Shown: in pieces, positions 7,481-17,533 of the stretch | How positions within the stretch are numbered: the first letter of the stretch is position 1 | Layout of the letters: each line of letters begins with the position of its first letter | Source: a virus | Lineage: Duplodnaviria; Caudoviricetes | Length of the DNA: 32,446 nucleotides | Strand: one strand, 5' to 3' | IMG/VR virus record: IMGVR_UViG_3300024520_000036 | Location: 1-32,446 of that record | Made by a program: the position numbers and the translations under genes | The notes under the pieces: model-generated | Database searches by the model: none | The model's input: only the letters and a program-made list of their open reading frames with translations | Told to the model about the DNA's origin: nothing

Positions 7481-9478
7481 ATGTTTAACGATAAGGATAC
7501 TATAGTGGAAAAGCCAGAAATAATCGTCAAAATCGATAAGCTGTACAAGGAAGCAAAAGACTATAGAAAACAATTTGAGAGCAAATGGAAAGAAGAGCAA
7601 CGGTTTTACATGGGCAAGCAATGGAAGTTTGCAGATAAAAGGCCTGTCAAGAATTGGTGCTTCACAATCATAGAGGGGGAGCTCCCAATTCTAACTGATA
7701 GCCGACCAGCAAGCGACATCATATCGTACCAAGAAAATGAAATAGAAGACGCAAAGATTCTATCCACTGGAATGACATATGTTTATGATGAACAAAACTT
7801 AATGCTTAAAGTTAATGAGGTAATGAGGAATGCGTTAAAGTCGGGGCCTTGTGGCTATCATTATATAGGGCATGATCCGAATGGCGAAAAAGGGGAGGGT
7901 AAGATAACAATTAAGACGATGCCATGGGATCAGGTTTACTTGGATCCCTCTGCTAATCTAATTGAAGATGTCAGTTATGCTATTTTGGAAATTCCTACAA
8001 AAAAAGAGGATGCCATTCGTATTTGGCCGAAGAAAAAAAAGCAGATAGAAGAATTGTCTACATCAAATAATAACGCAATCGGGGATAACGTAAATGAGTA
8101 TATTGATCCTACTCGCTGGGACGGTGTTGGTGGTATTTCAGATGATACTTTTGAAAAGAGTCGGTACCAATCGAAAGATACTTTAACGATAAGGGAATCA
8201 TGGATTAAAGATTATTCCATGGAAAAGATACCGCTTGAGATAACCGAAGAGGAAATAGTAAAAGAATCTCAGGAGATAATGCAAGGGATAAATCCTGATA
8301 TTGGTCTACATGAAAATCATCAGGAACATAGCAGGAACCACGAGGAACATAAGGTGGCCATTGTATCAGCAGCCTTGGGAGTCCCAGACGAATTAATTAC
8401 AGATGAAATGATAGAGCAGGCCAAGTCACAAGATCAAAGCGTTGAGCTAATGCTAACTATTTTAGAAGATCACATCGAAGAGCATGCTTTACACGAAGAG
8501 GATAATCCAAAAGCAGAGAGACCGAAATATATAAACAACTTGAGGTTAGTAATCAGTATTGATAGTTTGGTTTTATTCGATGGCTTGCCAGATATTGACG
8601 ATGGCATGGTTCCTCTAGTCCCCTACTATTGCTATAAAACAGGCGATTCAATTTATGGTTTTTCAGAAATAAGAAATATTATTTCTAGTCAAAAATCTTA
8701 CAATGAAATGGATTACTCGGAATATAAGGGGCTAAAGCTAAATTCAAATTCGGGGTGGGTTAAAGATGAAAATAGCGGTGTTGACTCGGATACTTTAACC
8801 AATGAGGAAGGCCTCGTGGTTACCAAGGTTCAAGGAACAGAAGTAAAGCGACTAGATCCAGGCCAAGTATCCCCCCAATTGGGAATAAGGAAACAAAACG
8901 ATCAAATAGCAATGGAACAAATTTCCGGTGTTAGTGAAGCGACTCAAGGCCGTCGTCCGGTCGGTGTGACCGCTGCACAGGCCATAAGGTTTCTACAGGA
9001 GCAATCAGTAGGACGAATAAGACTAAAGACCAGGATGCTTGAAGAGTACTCTCTATTGAGACTAGGCAAACTTGTTACTTCAAGAATCGTCCATTACTGG
9101 AATACCGAAAGGATGCTTAGGATATATGATCGAAATGGGAAAATACAATATGTAAAATATGATCCTGATCGTATTCAGCAGATGCGCTATGAAGTAAAAG
9201 TAGTGCCAGGATCAACCGCAGGACTAGACAAGGAATCCATTTTTACAGTTATGTCAAACTTAGCAGACAAGGGAGTTATTCCGCCAAAAACTTTTATTGA
9301 AGCAGTAGACATTCCTTTCAAAAATAAAATTCTGGAAGACCTCGAGGCCAACGATCAATTAAGGGCACAAATCGAGGCATTGGCCCTAGAAAATGAAGAA
9401 TTGAAAAGCATAGTTCAAGAGGCCGATCAAGTGCTAGAACAGAATAATATTGACAATGTGCCACAAAAGGCAATTTAA
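7481..9478 (+). CDS. portal protein (P22-like)
   Basis: 665 aa; WKEEQRFYMGKQW, VYLDPSA, PLVPYY, EQISGVSEATQG..GVTAA pattern; first gene of the head operon. Confidence 0.85.
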   Translation: MFNDKDTIVEKPEIIVKIDKLYKEAKDYRKQFESKWKEEQRFYMGKQWKFADKRPVKNWCFTIIEGELPILTDSRPASDIISYQENEIEDAKILSTGMTYVYDEQNLMLKVNEVMRNALKSGPCGYHYIGHDPNGEKGEGKITIKTMPWDQVYLDPSANLIEDVSYAILEIPTKKEDAIRIWPKKKKQIEELSTSNNNAIGDNVNEYIDPTRWDGVGGISDDTFEKSRYQSKDTLTIRESWIKDYSMEKIPLEITEEEIVKESQEIMQGINPDIGLHENHQEHSRNHEEHKVAIVSAALGVPDELITDEMIEQAKSQDQSVELMLTILEDHIEEHALHEEDNPKAERPKYINNLRLVISIDSLVLFDGLPDIDDGMVPLVPYYCYKTGDSIYGFSEIRNIISSQKSYNEMDYSEYKGLKLNSNSGWVKDENSGVDSDTLTNEEGLVVTKVQGTEVKRLDPGQVSPQLGIRKQNDQIAMEQISGVSEATQGRRPVGVTAAQAIRFLQEQSVGRIRLKTRMLEEYSLLRLGKLVTSRIVHYWNTERMLRIYDRNGKIQYVKYDPDRIQQMRYEVKVVPGSTAGLDKESIFTVMSNLADKGVIPPKTFIEAVDIPFKNKILEDLEANDQLRAQIEALALENEELKSIVQEADQVLEQNNIDNVPQKAI

Positions 9479-9527
9479 TAAGATATAATTACTAATTGAA
9501 CAAAGACCAACCTGTTTTAGGAGTCGC

Positions 9528-10616
9528 ATGACAGTAGAAAGAAATGAAGTAGCGAACGATGCTAACGCTGATTTAAATGCAGATGAATTTAATGTAGAAA
9601 ATTTTGATATTGGGAAACTAGATAATGCCGACGGGCTATCCTCTGATATCAATATGAATACATTAAGAGAAATGGGTATCATTAAAGATGAGAGCAGTAG
9701 TCAAGATGAAGTAGATCAATCTGAAAAAAAAGAAGTCGAAAAACTTGATGAAGATGCTTCCCTCGATGATATTATTAGCGATTTAGCGAACCCAAAGGAG
9801 CATGATAAAGAGATTGAAGACAAGCTTGCCAAGGATAATGAACCCGATGATTCTGATGATTCTAAGCAATCCGACAAGGACTTGGAAGAACTGGAGTCTA
9901 TTATCCATAAAGGCGAAGAAAAAAAGCTTAGTAAATCGGAATTGAAAGAATATGCTCAAAAGGGTTTTGATTACACCCAAAAGACTCAAGAAATTTCAAG
10001 GAGAAATTTAGAGTTAGAGGAGAAAATCAAAAGTTTAGATGAAAGGGAGAAAGCAAGTTTCACCAAACAAGAGGAAGAGAGACAGAAATTTTCAACTGAT
10101 TTGAACGAAAAAAAACAATGGGACTTTGTTCTTACAGCTTTACAAAAGCAAAACCCAGATCTTTACGATGAAATCAAAGGTTTCAGTGAAGAACTCATGG
10201 TCAACTATCAAAACCCACTAGTTCAAGGATTGATTGAAAAAGTCAGTTCCTTAGAAAATAGAGGTGTTGAAAAAGAAGACCAAGAAATTGCTAATCAATA
10301 TTATAGAGAGCTAGGAGATCTTAAATCTTCCTTGATACCTACTTTAGAAAAATTAGGTATCACAGTGGATGAGGAAAAGATTAAGGATGCTTGGATAAAA
10401 GGTGCGGAAAACGTGAAAGCGGCAACATATTCAATTTATGGAGACCAGATTAGGAAGCTTCAGGAATCAAAAATTAAATTGAATACTGCAAAACGGAAAG
10501 CTGCTATACGCAAAGTGCCAACTGTTTCAAACATAAAGGGCACCAAGAAAGTGGAACTTTCTCGACCTAAAAAATCTAGTTATCATGATATTTCAAAGAG
10601 ATTAATGGGTTACTGA
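9528..10616 (+). CDS. capsid scaffolding protein
   Basis: Acidic N-terminus, AQKGFDYTQKTQEIS motif, coiled coil; lies between portal and capsid. Confidence 0.75.
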   Translation: MTVERNEVANDANADLNADEFNVENFDIGKLDNADGLSSDINMNTLREMGIIKDESSSQDEVDQSEKKEVEKLDEDASLDDIISDLANPKEHDKEIEDKLAKDNEPDDSDDSKQSDKDLEELESIIHKGEEKKLSKSELKEYAQKGFDYTQKTQEISRRNLELEEKIKSLDEREKASFTKQEEERQKFSTDLNEKKQWDFVLTALQKQNPDLYDEIKGFSEELMVNYQNPLVQGLIEKVSSLENRGVEKEDQEIANQYYRELGDLKSSLIPTLEKLGITVDEEKIKDAWIKGAENVKAATYSIYGDQIRKLQESKIKLNTAKRKAAIRKVPTVSNIKGTKKVELSRPKKSSYHDISKRLMGY

Positions 10617-10653
10617 TGTAATAACAAGGTCTCTACTAATAATGGAGATCGTA

Positions 10654-11613
10654 ATGGCCTTAACTTTTACACAATTGACTGCAATTACCGAAAAATTATA
10701 TATTCCACGATTAATAGATGGCATCTATGAAGAGTCTGCAATCCTAATGAGACTCATCAAGGGAGAGTATTTTAAATTAAAGACGGGCGGAACAAATATT
10801 GTAGCGCCTATTGTTTCGAGCAAGCCTAGTTCGGGTGGGTATTATTCAGACCTTGATGAACTGGATACTAGCGCCACCGACAATTTAACGGCGGCCCAAT
10901 ATGACTGGAAACAGATTTACGAACCTGTTAGAATTGCCCGCTCCGATATTTTAAAAAACTCAGGAGATGCTCAAAAGCTTTCGTTAATCGAAAGTAAGAT
11001 GACAATCGCTGAGACAAATATCAGAGAAAATCTGTCTCTAGGTCTTTACTCAGATGGAACGGCGGCCACGGGAGCATCGACAACTAAACAACTGACTGGC
11101 TTTGCCGCCATTCTTAGCATTACCTCTACTCTTGGGGGAATTGCAGTCGCCGACCTTGCTGAATGGATTGCAACAGTTAAGGCAAATTCTGGGACTAACA
11201 GGGCATTAAGCTTAAACTTAATGCAACAAACAGATAATGCGGCCAAGTACAAAGGAGCAAAGCCTACCTTGTTAACTTGTGACAAGGATGTTTATGATCA
11301 AGCGTGGGCATTATATCAACCGCACCAAAGGATCTTTAACTCCGCCATGGCAAAACTAGGATTTGAAGATATTTTGGAATTCAATGGCAAGCCAATCGTT
11401 ATGGATGAGCATGCTTCTGCAAACCAGATGCTTTTCATTGACGAGAAAAATACTTATTTGTGTTTTCATCGCGATGAAAATATGAGGGTAGAGACTCTAG
11501 AAAGACTTGAGACATCAAACTCAATGCTATCTAGAATCTTTGCAATGGGGAATTTAGTTTGTCATTCTAGAAGATCAAACGGTCTACTAGACGACATTGA
11601 AGTAGCATCTTAA
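10654..11613 (+). CDS. major capsid protein
   Basis: About 319 aa from MALTF (GGAG RBS); GGTNIVAPI, AAQYDWKQ, LYSDGT, FNGKPIVMD, GNLVCHSRR patterns of HK97-fold capsids; follows the scaffold. Confidence 0.85.
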   Translation: MALTFTQLTAITEKLYIPRLIDGIYEESAILMRLIKGEYFKLKTGGTNIVAPIVSSKPSSGGYYSDLDELDTSATDNLTAAQYDWKQIYEPVRIARSDILKNSGDAQKLSLIESKMTIAETNIRENLSLGLYSDGTAATGASTTKQLTGFAAILSITSTLGGIAVADLAEWIATVKANSGTNRALSLNLMQQTDNAAKYKGAKPTLLTCDKDVYDQAWALYQPHQRIFNSAMAKLGFEDILEFNGKPIVMDEHASANQMLFIDEKNTYLCFHRDENMRVETLERLETSNSMLSRIFAMGNLVCHSRRSNGLLDDIEVAS

Positions 11614-11659
11614 TAAAAACTTTTTTAGGAAGTATTAATTAATTCATAGGAGAAAAAAT

Positions 11660-12187
11660 ATGAAATCTTTTCTAACCATTTTCTTGCTATTGGGAGCTAT
11701 GTTTCTTTCTACATTAGCTCAAGCAATAATCACGGCCCCTTATTCTAATTCATTTGACAACGCTGGAGCGGTAAAGAATAGGGATCGTGTTGTTATTAAA
11801 GTTAGGGCAAATAGCTCAGTTGCAATTACTAAAGGTCAATGTGTTTATTATAATACAACATCTGATGATGGTATTACAGTCGATGCCGTGCCTATAACCG
11901 ATGTTGTTTCAGCAGCTTCAATCTTTCCTGCTTGTATGGCATTGGAAGCGATTGCAGTAAATAAGGATGGTAAGTGCTTGGTATTTGGGTTTACCGATGT
12001 TTTATTGTTTGACGGGGGCACTACTGCAGTTGTAGGGGAAAGCGCCTATTGCGGTTCGCCTAATGGCCTCGGAAGATTCTATGCAGTTTCAGCGGGCAGT
12101 GTGGCGGCCTATCAACGTCCAGTCGCCCAGTTTCTCGATGCAAGTTCGACCTCTTCTTCAATCGAGGCATTTGTTAATTTCTTATAA
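11660..12187 (+). CDS. capsid decoration/cement-like protein with cleavable signal peptide
   Basis: Directly after MCP; AITKGQCVY, ALEAIA..DG..LVFG, VGE.AY pattern of cement proteins; MKSFLTIFLLLGAMFLSTLAQA signal peptide. Confidence 0.6.
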   Translation: MKSFLTIFLLLGAMFLSTLAQAIITAPYSNSFDNAGAVKNRDRVVIKVRANSSVAITKGQCVYYNTTSDDGITVDAVPITDVVSAASIFPACMALEAIAVNKDGKCLVFGFTDVLLFDGGTTAVVGESAYCGSPNGLGRFYAVSAGSVAAYQRPVAQFLDASSTSSSIEAFVNFL

Positions 12188-12197
12188 AAGGTAATTG

Positions 12198-13352
12198 ATG
12201 AATTACTTTAATGTTTACTGGGGAGCGGTGCTTTTACTGCTCCCCCTTTGGATACGGATCGAAAAGATACCCGTAGATATGCGTTTCACAAAAGACATGT
12301 TTTTTATTACAAGCGTGGCCATGTCATTAATTCTATTTAGTGAGAGAAAAAAGATAGATATTAAGGTGCTAAGCATCTCTTCGTTTCTACTTTTTATTTC
12401 GTTCTATAATCAATGGTTGATTACATCCTTTGCGGTAATTAATCAATGGATTTGCGTTTCAATGGGCATTCTTTGCTTTATCCAATTCCATTCACGCTTA
12501 GAAAAGAAAGACGAAGAATTTTACTTGAATATTTTATCGATAGCGGCAATAGTACAGGCGGTTTTAGTTGTACTTACTTATATAGACATTAATTTATATT
12601 ATTATATTGTAAAAATGTTTAACTGGAATGCTAACTATAAGATAGGGAGCTCTGCAATTCCTTATTTAGGAAGTCTCGGCAATCCGATGGTTTGCTCTAC
12701 ATTTTTATCGATTACAACTATTTCATTGTTAAGAAGTAAATGGTTCTTCTTTTTGCCATTAAATCTATGGGCCGTTTATTTAACAAATAGTGCGACGGGA
12801 ATAATAAGTTGTTTTTTTGGACTGGCAACATTCTTTATTTTTAAATATTTCAAATCAAAAAAGACAACTTTTTCACTAATTGGTTTATTTATCTTTGTAG
12901 GGAGCATTTTCATTGCATTTGAGCGTGAAAGATTTACTTTTCTAAATGATAATAATCGGTTTTTGGTCTGGAAGCAGTCTTTGAATTTAATTGACGGGAT
13001 GAGCATTCTCTATGGAAAGGGCCTTGGATTCATAGCTGATAATTACAGTACGATATACCCCATCTTGGGAGAGCCTTTTAGGCATTTGCATAATGAGTTT
13101 TTAGAAATCTTTTTCGCATATGGCATAATCGGATTAATAATCTTAGGAATAACATTATTTGTAATGCTCAAAAGAGCAAATAACATTATAATAATTAGTA
13201 TAGTCGTTGCTTATCTAATAACAATGATTACAAGCATAACATTACATATAAGTGCGACCGCTTTAGTTGGTATTTTGTTGGTAGCACTATGTCTTATTAA
13301 AGGAGATAACCATGGCCTTAACAACGGCGACTCGAGGACCAAATGTCATTAA
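12198..13352 (+). CDS. O-antigen ligase / O-oligosaccharyltransferase-like polytopic membrane protein (Wzy_C)
   Basis: About 10-12 hydrophobic helices; GSLGNP, LTNSATG, RFLVW, YGKGLG and HLHNEFLEIFFAYGIIG motifs of the WaaL/PglL family. Confidence 0.85.
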   Translation: MNYFNVYWGAVLLLLPLWIRIEKIPVDMRFTKDMFFITSVAMSLILFSERKKIDIKVLSISSFLLFISFYNQWLITSFAVINQWICVSMGILCFIQFHSRLEKKDEEFYLNILSIAAIVQAVLVVLTYIDINLYYYIVKMFNWNANYKIGSSAIPYLGSLGNPMVCSTFLSITTISLLRSKWFFFLPLNLWAVYLTNSATGIISCFFGLATFFIFKYFKSKKTTFSLIGLFIFVGSIFIAFERERFTFLNDNNRFLVWKQSLNLIDGMSILYGKGLGFIADNYSTIYPILGEPFRHLHNEFLEIFFAYGIIGLIILGITLFVMLKRANNIIIISIVVAYLITMITSITLHISATALVGILLVALCLIKGDNHGLNNGDSRTKCH

Positions 13353-13593
13353 TTTAGGAGCGGTAAAATTAAAAATGTTCACTTGTACTTTCACTAGTGT
13401 AACCGAAGGGGAAGTAAAAACGGGATTTGGCCAAGTATATGCGGCCTGGTATCAAGCAAGAGATAATGACAACGCAGGCCAAGTTTATCCAAACAGTGCC
13501 ACGGCCAGCAGTACGGAAGATGATTTCGGTTCTGTTTTTGTTGATTCAGTCGCAAGTGGGGATGTCGGGATTTTAACCGTAATAGGAGTATAA
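13312..13593 (+). CDS. small virion protein (putative)
   Basis: 93 aa, beta-rich, AAGGAG RBS, within the structural operon. Confidence 0.5.
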   Translation: MALTTATRGPNVINLGAVKLKMFTCTFTSVTEGEVKTGFGQVYAAWYQARDNDNAGQVYPNSATASSTEDDFGSVFVDSVASGDVGILTVIGV

Positions 13594-13597
13594 AACC

Positions 13598-14584
13598 GTG
13601 GGATCTTACAACGGATTAGACCTACAAACTGAGTTTAGTACTGTACTAAATGATACAAGCACGGCGTTTAAGGCAGAGGTCTTGAAATGGATGAATGAGA
13701 TCCAGATAGATATTTGCTCACGTTTTGCATGGTCTTTTTTGCGGCAAAAAGGCAAAAAGGTTTTAACCGCTGATACTGAACAACAAGCATTGGATCTAGG
13801 CAAACCATCTGCTCCAACCGTCGTAATCGCTGCCGGGGGGTCACTGACCGAGGATTCTGTTTATTCCGTTATAATTACTTTTATTGAGGGTGTAGCGGCC
13901 ATTGAGAGTCATGCTGGAACGGCCAGTGCAGATGTTACCGCCACCGCTGCAAATAAAACAATAACAGTCACGGGCATACCGGTCTCCAGCGATCCTTTGG
14001 TAACCGCTAGAAAGGTTTATTTAGTAAAAGATGGCGGGGAGCCTCTCTTTGATTCAGAAATAACTGACAACACGACTACGACCGCTTCAATTACATCTGA
14101 ATCGACAAGCACGATAGAGGCACCTGATTATTCTTATTTTAATAAGCTATCGGGAAATCTTTTTCTAGAAGGAACTAATTCGGGATACATTAGATATGAA
14201 CCGATCGATCAATTAAGACTAATGTATCAAGGTTCCTGGTCTTCTGGTACACCTGATTTTTGGTCAGACATTGATGAGCAATCAATAATAATGTATCCAA
14301 CTCCAAGCTCAGCATTAACTTTGAGTTTTTATTATTTTAAATTATCTTCAATGCTTTTTGCCGATGCTACGAGTATCCCTACAATCCCAATTTGGTTAAA
14401 GAGGCCTTTTAAAGCTGGAGTAATTGCATTGGGATATGAATTTAGAGACCGGAAAGGAGCGCAACAAAAATTTGCGAACTATGAAACATATTTGTCAAGC
14501 TACATTTCCAAGCAAGGTCTGAATAAAAAGACACCGACAAGAGTTCGGGATGTAACTGGCAATAGTGATGGCTGGAGTATTTAG
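13598..14584 (+). CDS. head-tail adaptor / tail tubular protein A-like, with inserted Ig/FN3-like domain
   Basis: WMNEIQIDICSRFAWSFL N-terminus and GTP..IIMYPTP..YY..P.IP C-terminus typical of podovirus adaptors. Confidence 0.65.
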   Translation: MGSYNGLDLQTEFSTVLNDTSTAFKAEVLKWMNEIQIDICSRFAWSFLRQKGKKVLTADTEQQALDLGKPSAPTVVIAAGGSLTEDSVYSVIITFIEGVAAIESHAGTASADVTATAANKTITVTGIPVSSDPLVTARKVYLVKDGGEPLFDSEITDNTTTTASITSESTSTIEAPDYSYFNKLSGNLFLEGTNSGYIRYEPIDQLRLMYQGSWSSGTPDFWSDIDEQSIIMYPTPSSALTLSFYYFKLSSMLFADATSIPTIPIWLKRPFKAGVIALGYEFRDRKGAQQKFANYETYLSSYISKQGLNKKTPTRVRDVTGNSDGWSI

Positions 14585-16494
14585 TGGCACTTGCCAATAG
14601 AACAAAGAAAACATATAAGACCTTCGACTTACCTTTAAGTTATCGAATAAATGATGATAGGGATCGGTTTTTATCTGTTTCAAATGTTTTTTCTAATCAA
14701 GGACGATTGGAAACTAGATATGGCATGTCGAGGTATAATACAACAAAGATAGGCGATGGCAGTACAAAGGTCTCGTCTATCTCTTATTTTAAAGATGTTG
14801 CAGATGCTATTGTAGTGATTGCAAAAGTAGGGACTATTCTTTATTCAGTAGATGAATCAGGATCCCATACTGAATTAAAAACAGGTCTAACATCTACGAC
14901 TGTACATCGAGGCCTAACACTTAATAACCGACATATTATCTCAATAGGGGTAGACGGTCTTTTCCAATATGATACCGCCAACGGATTTACTCAGTTAGGT
15001 TTGGCGGCCCCAACCGCTCCAACAACTGCCCTCGAAGCTGCAGGCGCTTTGAGCGCGGCGGATTGGTTGGTGAAATTGACTTTCTATTCTACTGTTACGG
15101 GTTTTGAAACCAATGCAGGAACCGCAGGGACAGAAAGAACGACTTCGGGTGGCAATCTAAGAGTAGCTGTTTCAGCTATCCCAGCGACTGCAGACAATGC
15201 AACGATTGACAAGGTAAGAGTCTATGCTTCGAAAGATGCTGGCAGTTATTTTTTTGCAGCGGAAATTTCCCTAGGCACCACTACTTATAATTTAGATGCC
15301 GATCCGACTAGCTCATCCACGCCACCAACTCTAAACGCAGCCCCTCAAGCAGGAGGTGGTAAATTTTTAACTGAGTTCAATAAGAAATTGGTTTATGGTG
15401 GGAATAATACTTTTAAGAATGATATCTTTTTCTCCGAGCAGGACTTGCCCGACGCTTTTGATGACAATGGCGATTCGCAACTTGTTTTGTTTGCATCTGG
15501 GAATGGAGCAGTAACGGCAATTGCTACGGGTTTTTTCAATGACTCAAATTTGGATCCATACCTGGTAATATTCAAAAGAAACCGAGCATTAATTTATTCA
15601 GAGATCGAGGGCAATACAAGACTTTCTGTTTTATCGGATACTGTAGGATGTTTAAATGATTCGACCGTCGAAATTAGAAATGGCGATGTTTTTTTTATGT
15701 CTGAAAGGGGATGGCATGCAATTGTCAATGGTCGATTAGTTAAGGATTCAAAAGGCAATGTCCTTACTTTAGGCAACGGCGATGTCGATGATATTTTCAC
15801 GGTAGGAACAGGTTATGAAAATGAAATAAATGTAAATCAATCGTCTCTTTATCATTCAGTTTATTACCCGAGATTAGACCAATATATTACATGGATTGCA
15901 GAAGGGAGCTCAACGGATATAAAAAAAGCATATGTTTATGAGTTTTCAACTTCTCATGGATTTAAGGTTTATAATTTCCCGATGAATATTGTATCTTCTT
16001 CGATTGCAGAGGATAGTAATAATAATTCTATTGTACTGCTAGGGGACGAATCGGGTTATATTTACAAACACTCTATAAAAGAAAGCAAGTCAGATGTTGA
16101 TTCAAATAATCAAAGGGTAAAGCTAAATGCCTTTGGTATTTTGTCTTGGATCGATGTAGATGATTTTGCCACCACTTATAACTTTAGAGATATATTTCTT
16201 CAGCAGATAGGTGAAGATGATGATATTACAGTTAAGGGTTACATAAATTATGATCTTGCGGATTTTGTGACTGAGACTTTTGAATTCGCATCGCCATCGG
16301 GCGGTTTTATCCTTGATTTATCTAAATTAGACGAGGGAACATTTGGGGATGCAAGAGCGGCCAATGTCCAATATGCAGATATTAATCGATCAGGGCAAAC
16401 ATTTGCAGTCGGCTTTTTTTTGAATAAACTAGACGGAAGAATGAGTTTAATTAAAGCTCAAATAGATTTTAATAAAAATGGAAATAGGAATTAA
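14584..16494 (+). CDS. tail nozzle / tubular protein B (P22 gp10-like)
   Basis: GRLETRYG, IFFSE..PDAF, LVIFK, VGC, VFFMSERG beta-propeller-type motifs; follows the adaptor. Confidence 0.7.
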   Translation: MALANRTKKTYKTFDLPLSYRINDDRDRFLSVSNVFSNQGRLETRYGMSRYNTTKIGDGSTKVSSISYFKDVADAIVVIAKVGTILYSVDESGSHTELKTGLTSTTVHRGLTLNNRHIISIGVDGLFQYDTANGFTQLGLAAPTAPTTALEAAGALSAADWLVKLTFYSTVTGFETNAGTAGTERTTSGGNLRVAVSAIPATADNATIDKVRVYASKDAGSYFFAAEISLGTTTYNLDADPTSSSTPPTLNAAPQAGGGKFLTEFNKKLVYGGNNTFKNDIFFSEQDLPDAFDDNGDSQLVLFASGNGAVTAIATGFFNDSNLDPYLVIFKRNRALIYSEIEGNTRLSVLSDTVGCLNDSTVEIRNGDVFFMSERGWHAIVNGRLVKDSKGNVLTLGNGDVDDIFTVGTGYENEINVNQSSLYHSVYYPRLDQYITWIAEGSSTDIKKAYVYEFSTSHGFKVYNFPMNIVSSSIAEDSNNNSIVLLGDESGYIYKHSIKESKSDVDSNNQRVKLNAFGILSWIDVDDFATTYNFRDIFLQQIGEDDDITVKGYINYDLADFVTETFEFASPSGGFILDLSKLDEGTFGDARAANVQYADINRSGQTFAVGFFLNKLDGRMSLIKAQIDFNKNGNRN

Positions 16495-16498
16495 TTTT

Positions 16499-17530
16499 AT
16501 GAAAACATTCATTTTTTTATTGTTAGCTTTTCTAATAAACTTTAATACTTTTGCCGGTACATGTTCAACTATTTCTTACACATCTAATGCTGCAAATACG
16601 ACCTTAACAAGCACGAAGTACAATACGGACAATTCCACGGCGTACGATGCGATCAATTCTTTTGATGGCGGGTGTACAGTAGCAGGCTCGCTTGAAAAGG
16701 ACGCTCTTGATGCAACGGTAGCGACGGGTTTTGCAGTCCCCTTAAATGGCATTGTTGACGGTTGTAAGGTTACAAAGGCAACGGCGGCAACATTAGATAT
16801 TGGAAATTGTATTGCAGCAGTAAATAATAACTGGGTTAAAACTGCAACAACGACTTCGGTTGCTTGGACGGATCTAGACACTGGCGGCGAGGCCGCTAGT
16901 ACTTATTACTATGTTTATATAGATAGTGCTTCGACTACAACTACATTAACTCCAGTTATTTCTGTTACTGCTCCTGGCAGTGATGGTCTAAACGGAAGTG
17001 ATAGAGCTATCGCTAGATTTTACAATGATAGCAGTAGCGATATTATAAGCACATTGTCACAATGGCTTGGCAGCAAATTTGAAAGTGATAGAGTTTATGT
17101 CAGATTTGACACTGATGCCGGTCAGAGCATGGATAACAGCTCAACCGAGGTAGTTAATTTCGACTCAAAGACCTTTGGTTATGAAAGCCATCCGGGTGTA
17201 GTAACAACTGGTGCTGGGTGGGTTTTTACCGCTCCTATCGGAGGGGTTTATCACGTAAGCTCTTCGGTCGCACTTGTACCAAATATGGATGCAGGGGAAC
17301 AAGTCCAATATGTTTTATACAAAAATGGGTCGCTATACGCCCATATGTATACGCTAGAGGGATCGATAACCTCAGCCTTAGACGTCGTGGCCCTAGGATC
17401 AACAGACGTGGACTTACTCGCCACCGAAACTATTAGCGCCCGACTCTTCCAGAATAGCGGCGCCGCTGTGACTTTAAAGACGGACGAAGAACGTAATTTT
17501 ATTTCAATACACCTTTTACCGGAAGAATAA
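16499..17530 (+). CDS. tail fibre / receptor-binding-like protein with C1q-like C-terminus and signal peptide
   Basis: MKTFIFLLLAFLINFNTFA signal; Thr/Ser-rich; DLDTGGEAASTYYYVY fibre motif; FTAPIGGVYHV..LYKNG..V.L...I C1q/TNF-like pattern. Confidence 0.65.
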   Translation: MKTFIFLLLAFLINFNTFAGTCSTISYTSNAANTTLTSTKYNTDNSTAYDAINSFDGGCTVAGSLEKDALDATVATGFAVPLNGIVDGCKVTKATAATLDIGNCIAAVNNNWVKTATTTSVAWTDLDTGGEAASTYYYVYIDSASTTTTLTPVISVTAPGSDGLNGSDRAIARFYNDSSSDIISTLSQWLGSKFESDRVYVRFDTDAGQSMDNSSTEVVNFDSKTFGYESHPGVVTTGAGWVFTAPIGGVYHVSSSVALVPNMDAGEQVQYVLYKNGSLYAHMYTLEGSITSALDVVALGSTDVDLLATETISARLFQNSGAAVTLKTDEERNFISIHLLPEE

Positions 17531-17533
17531 ACT

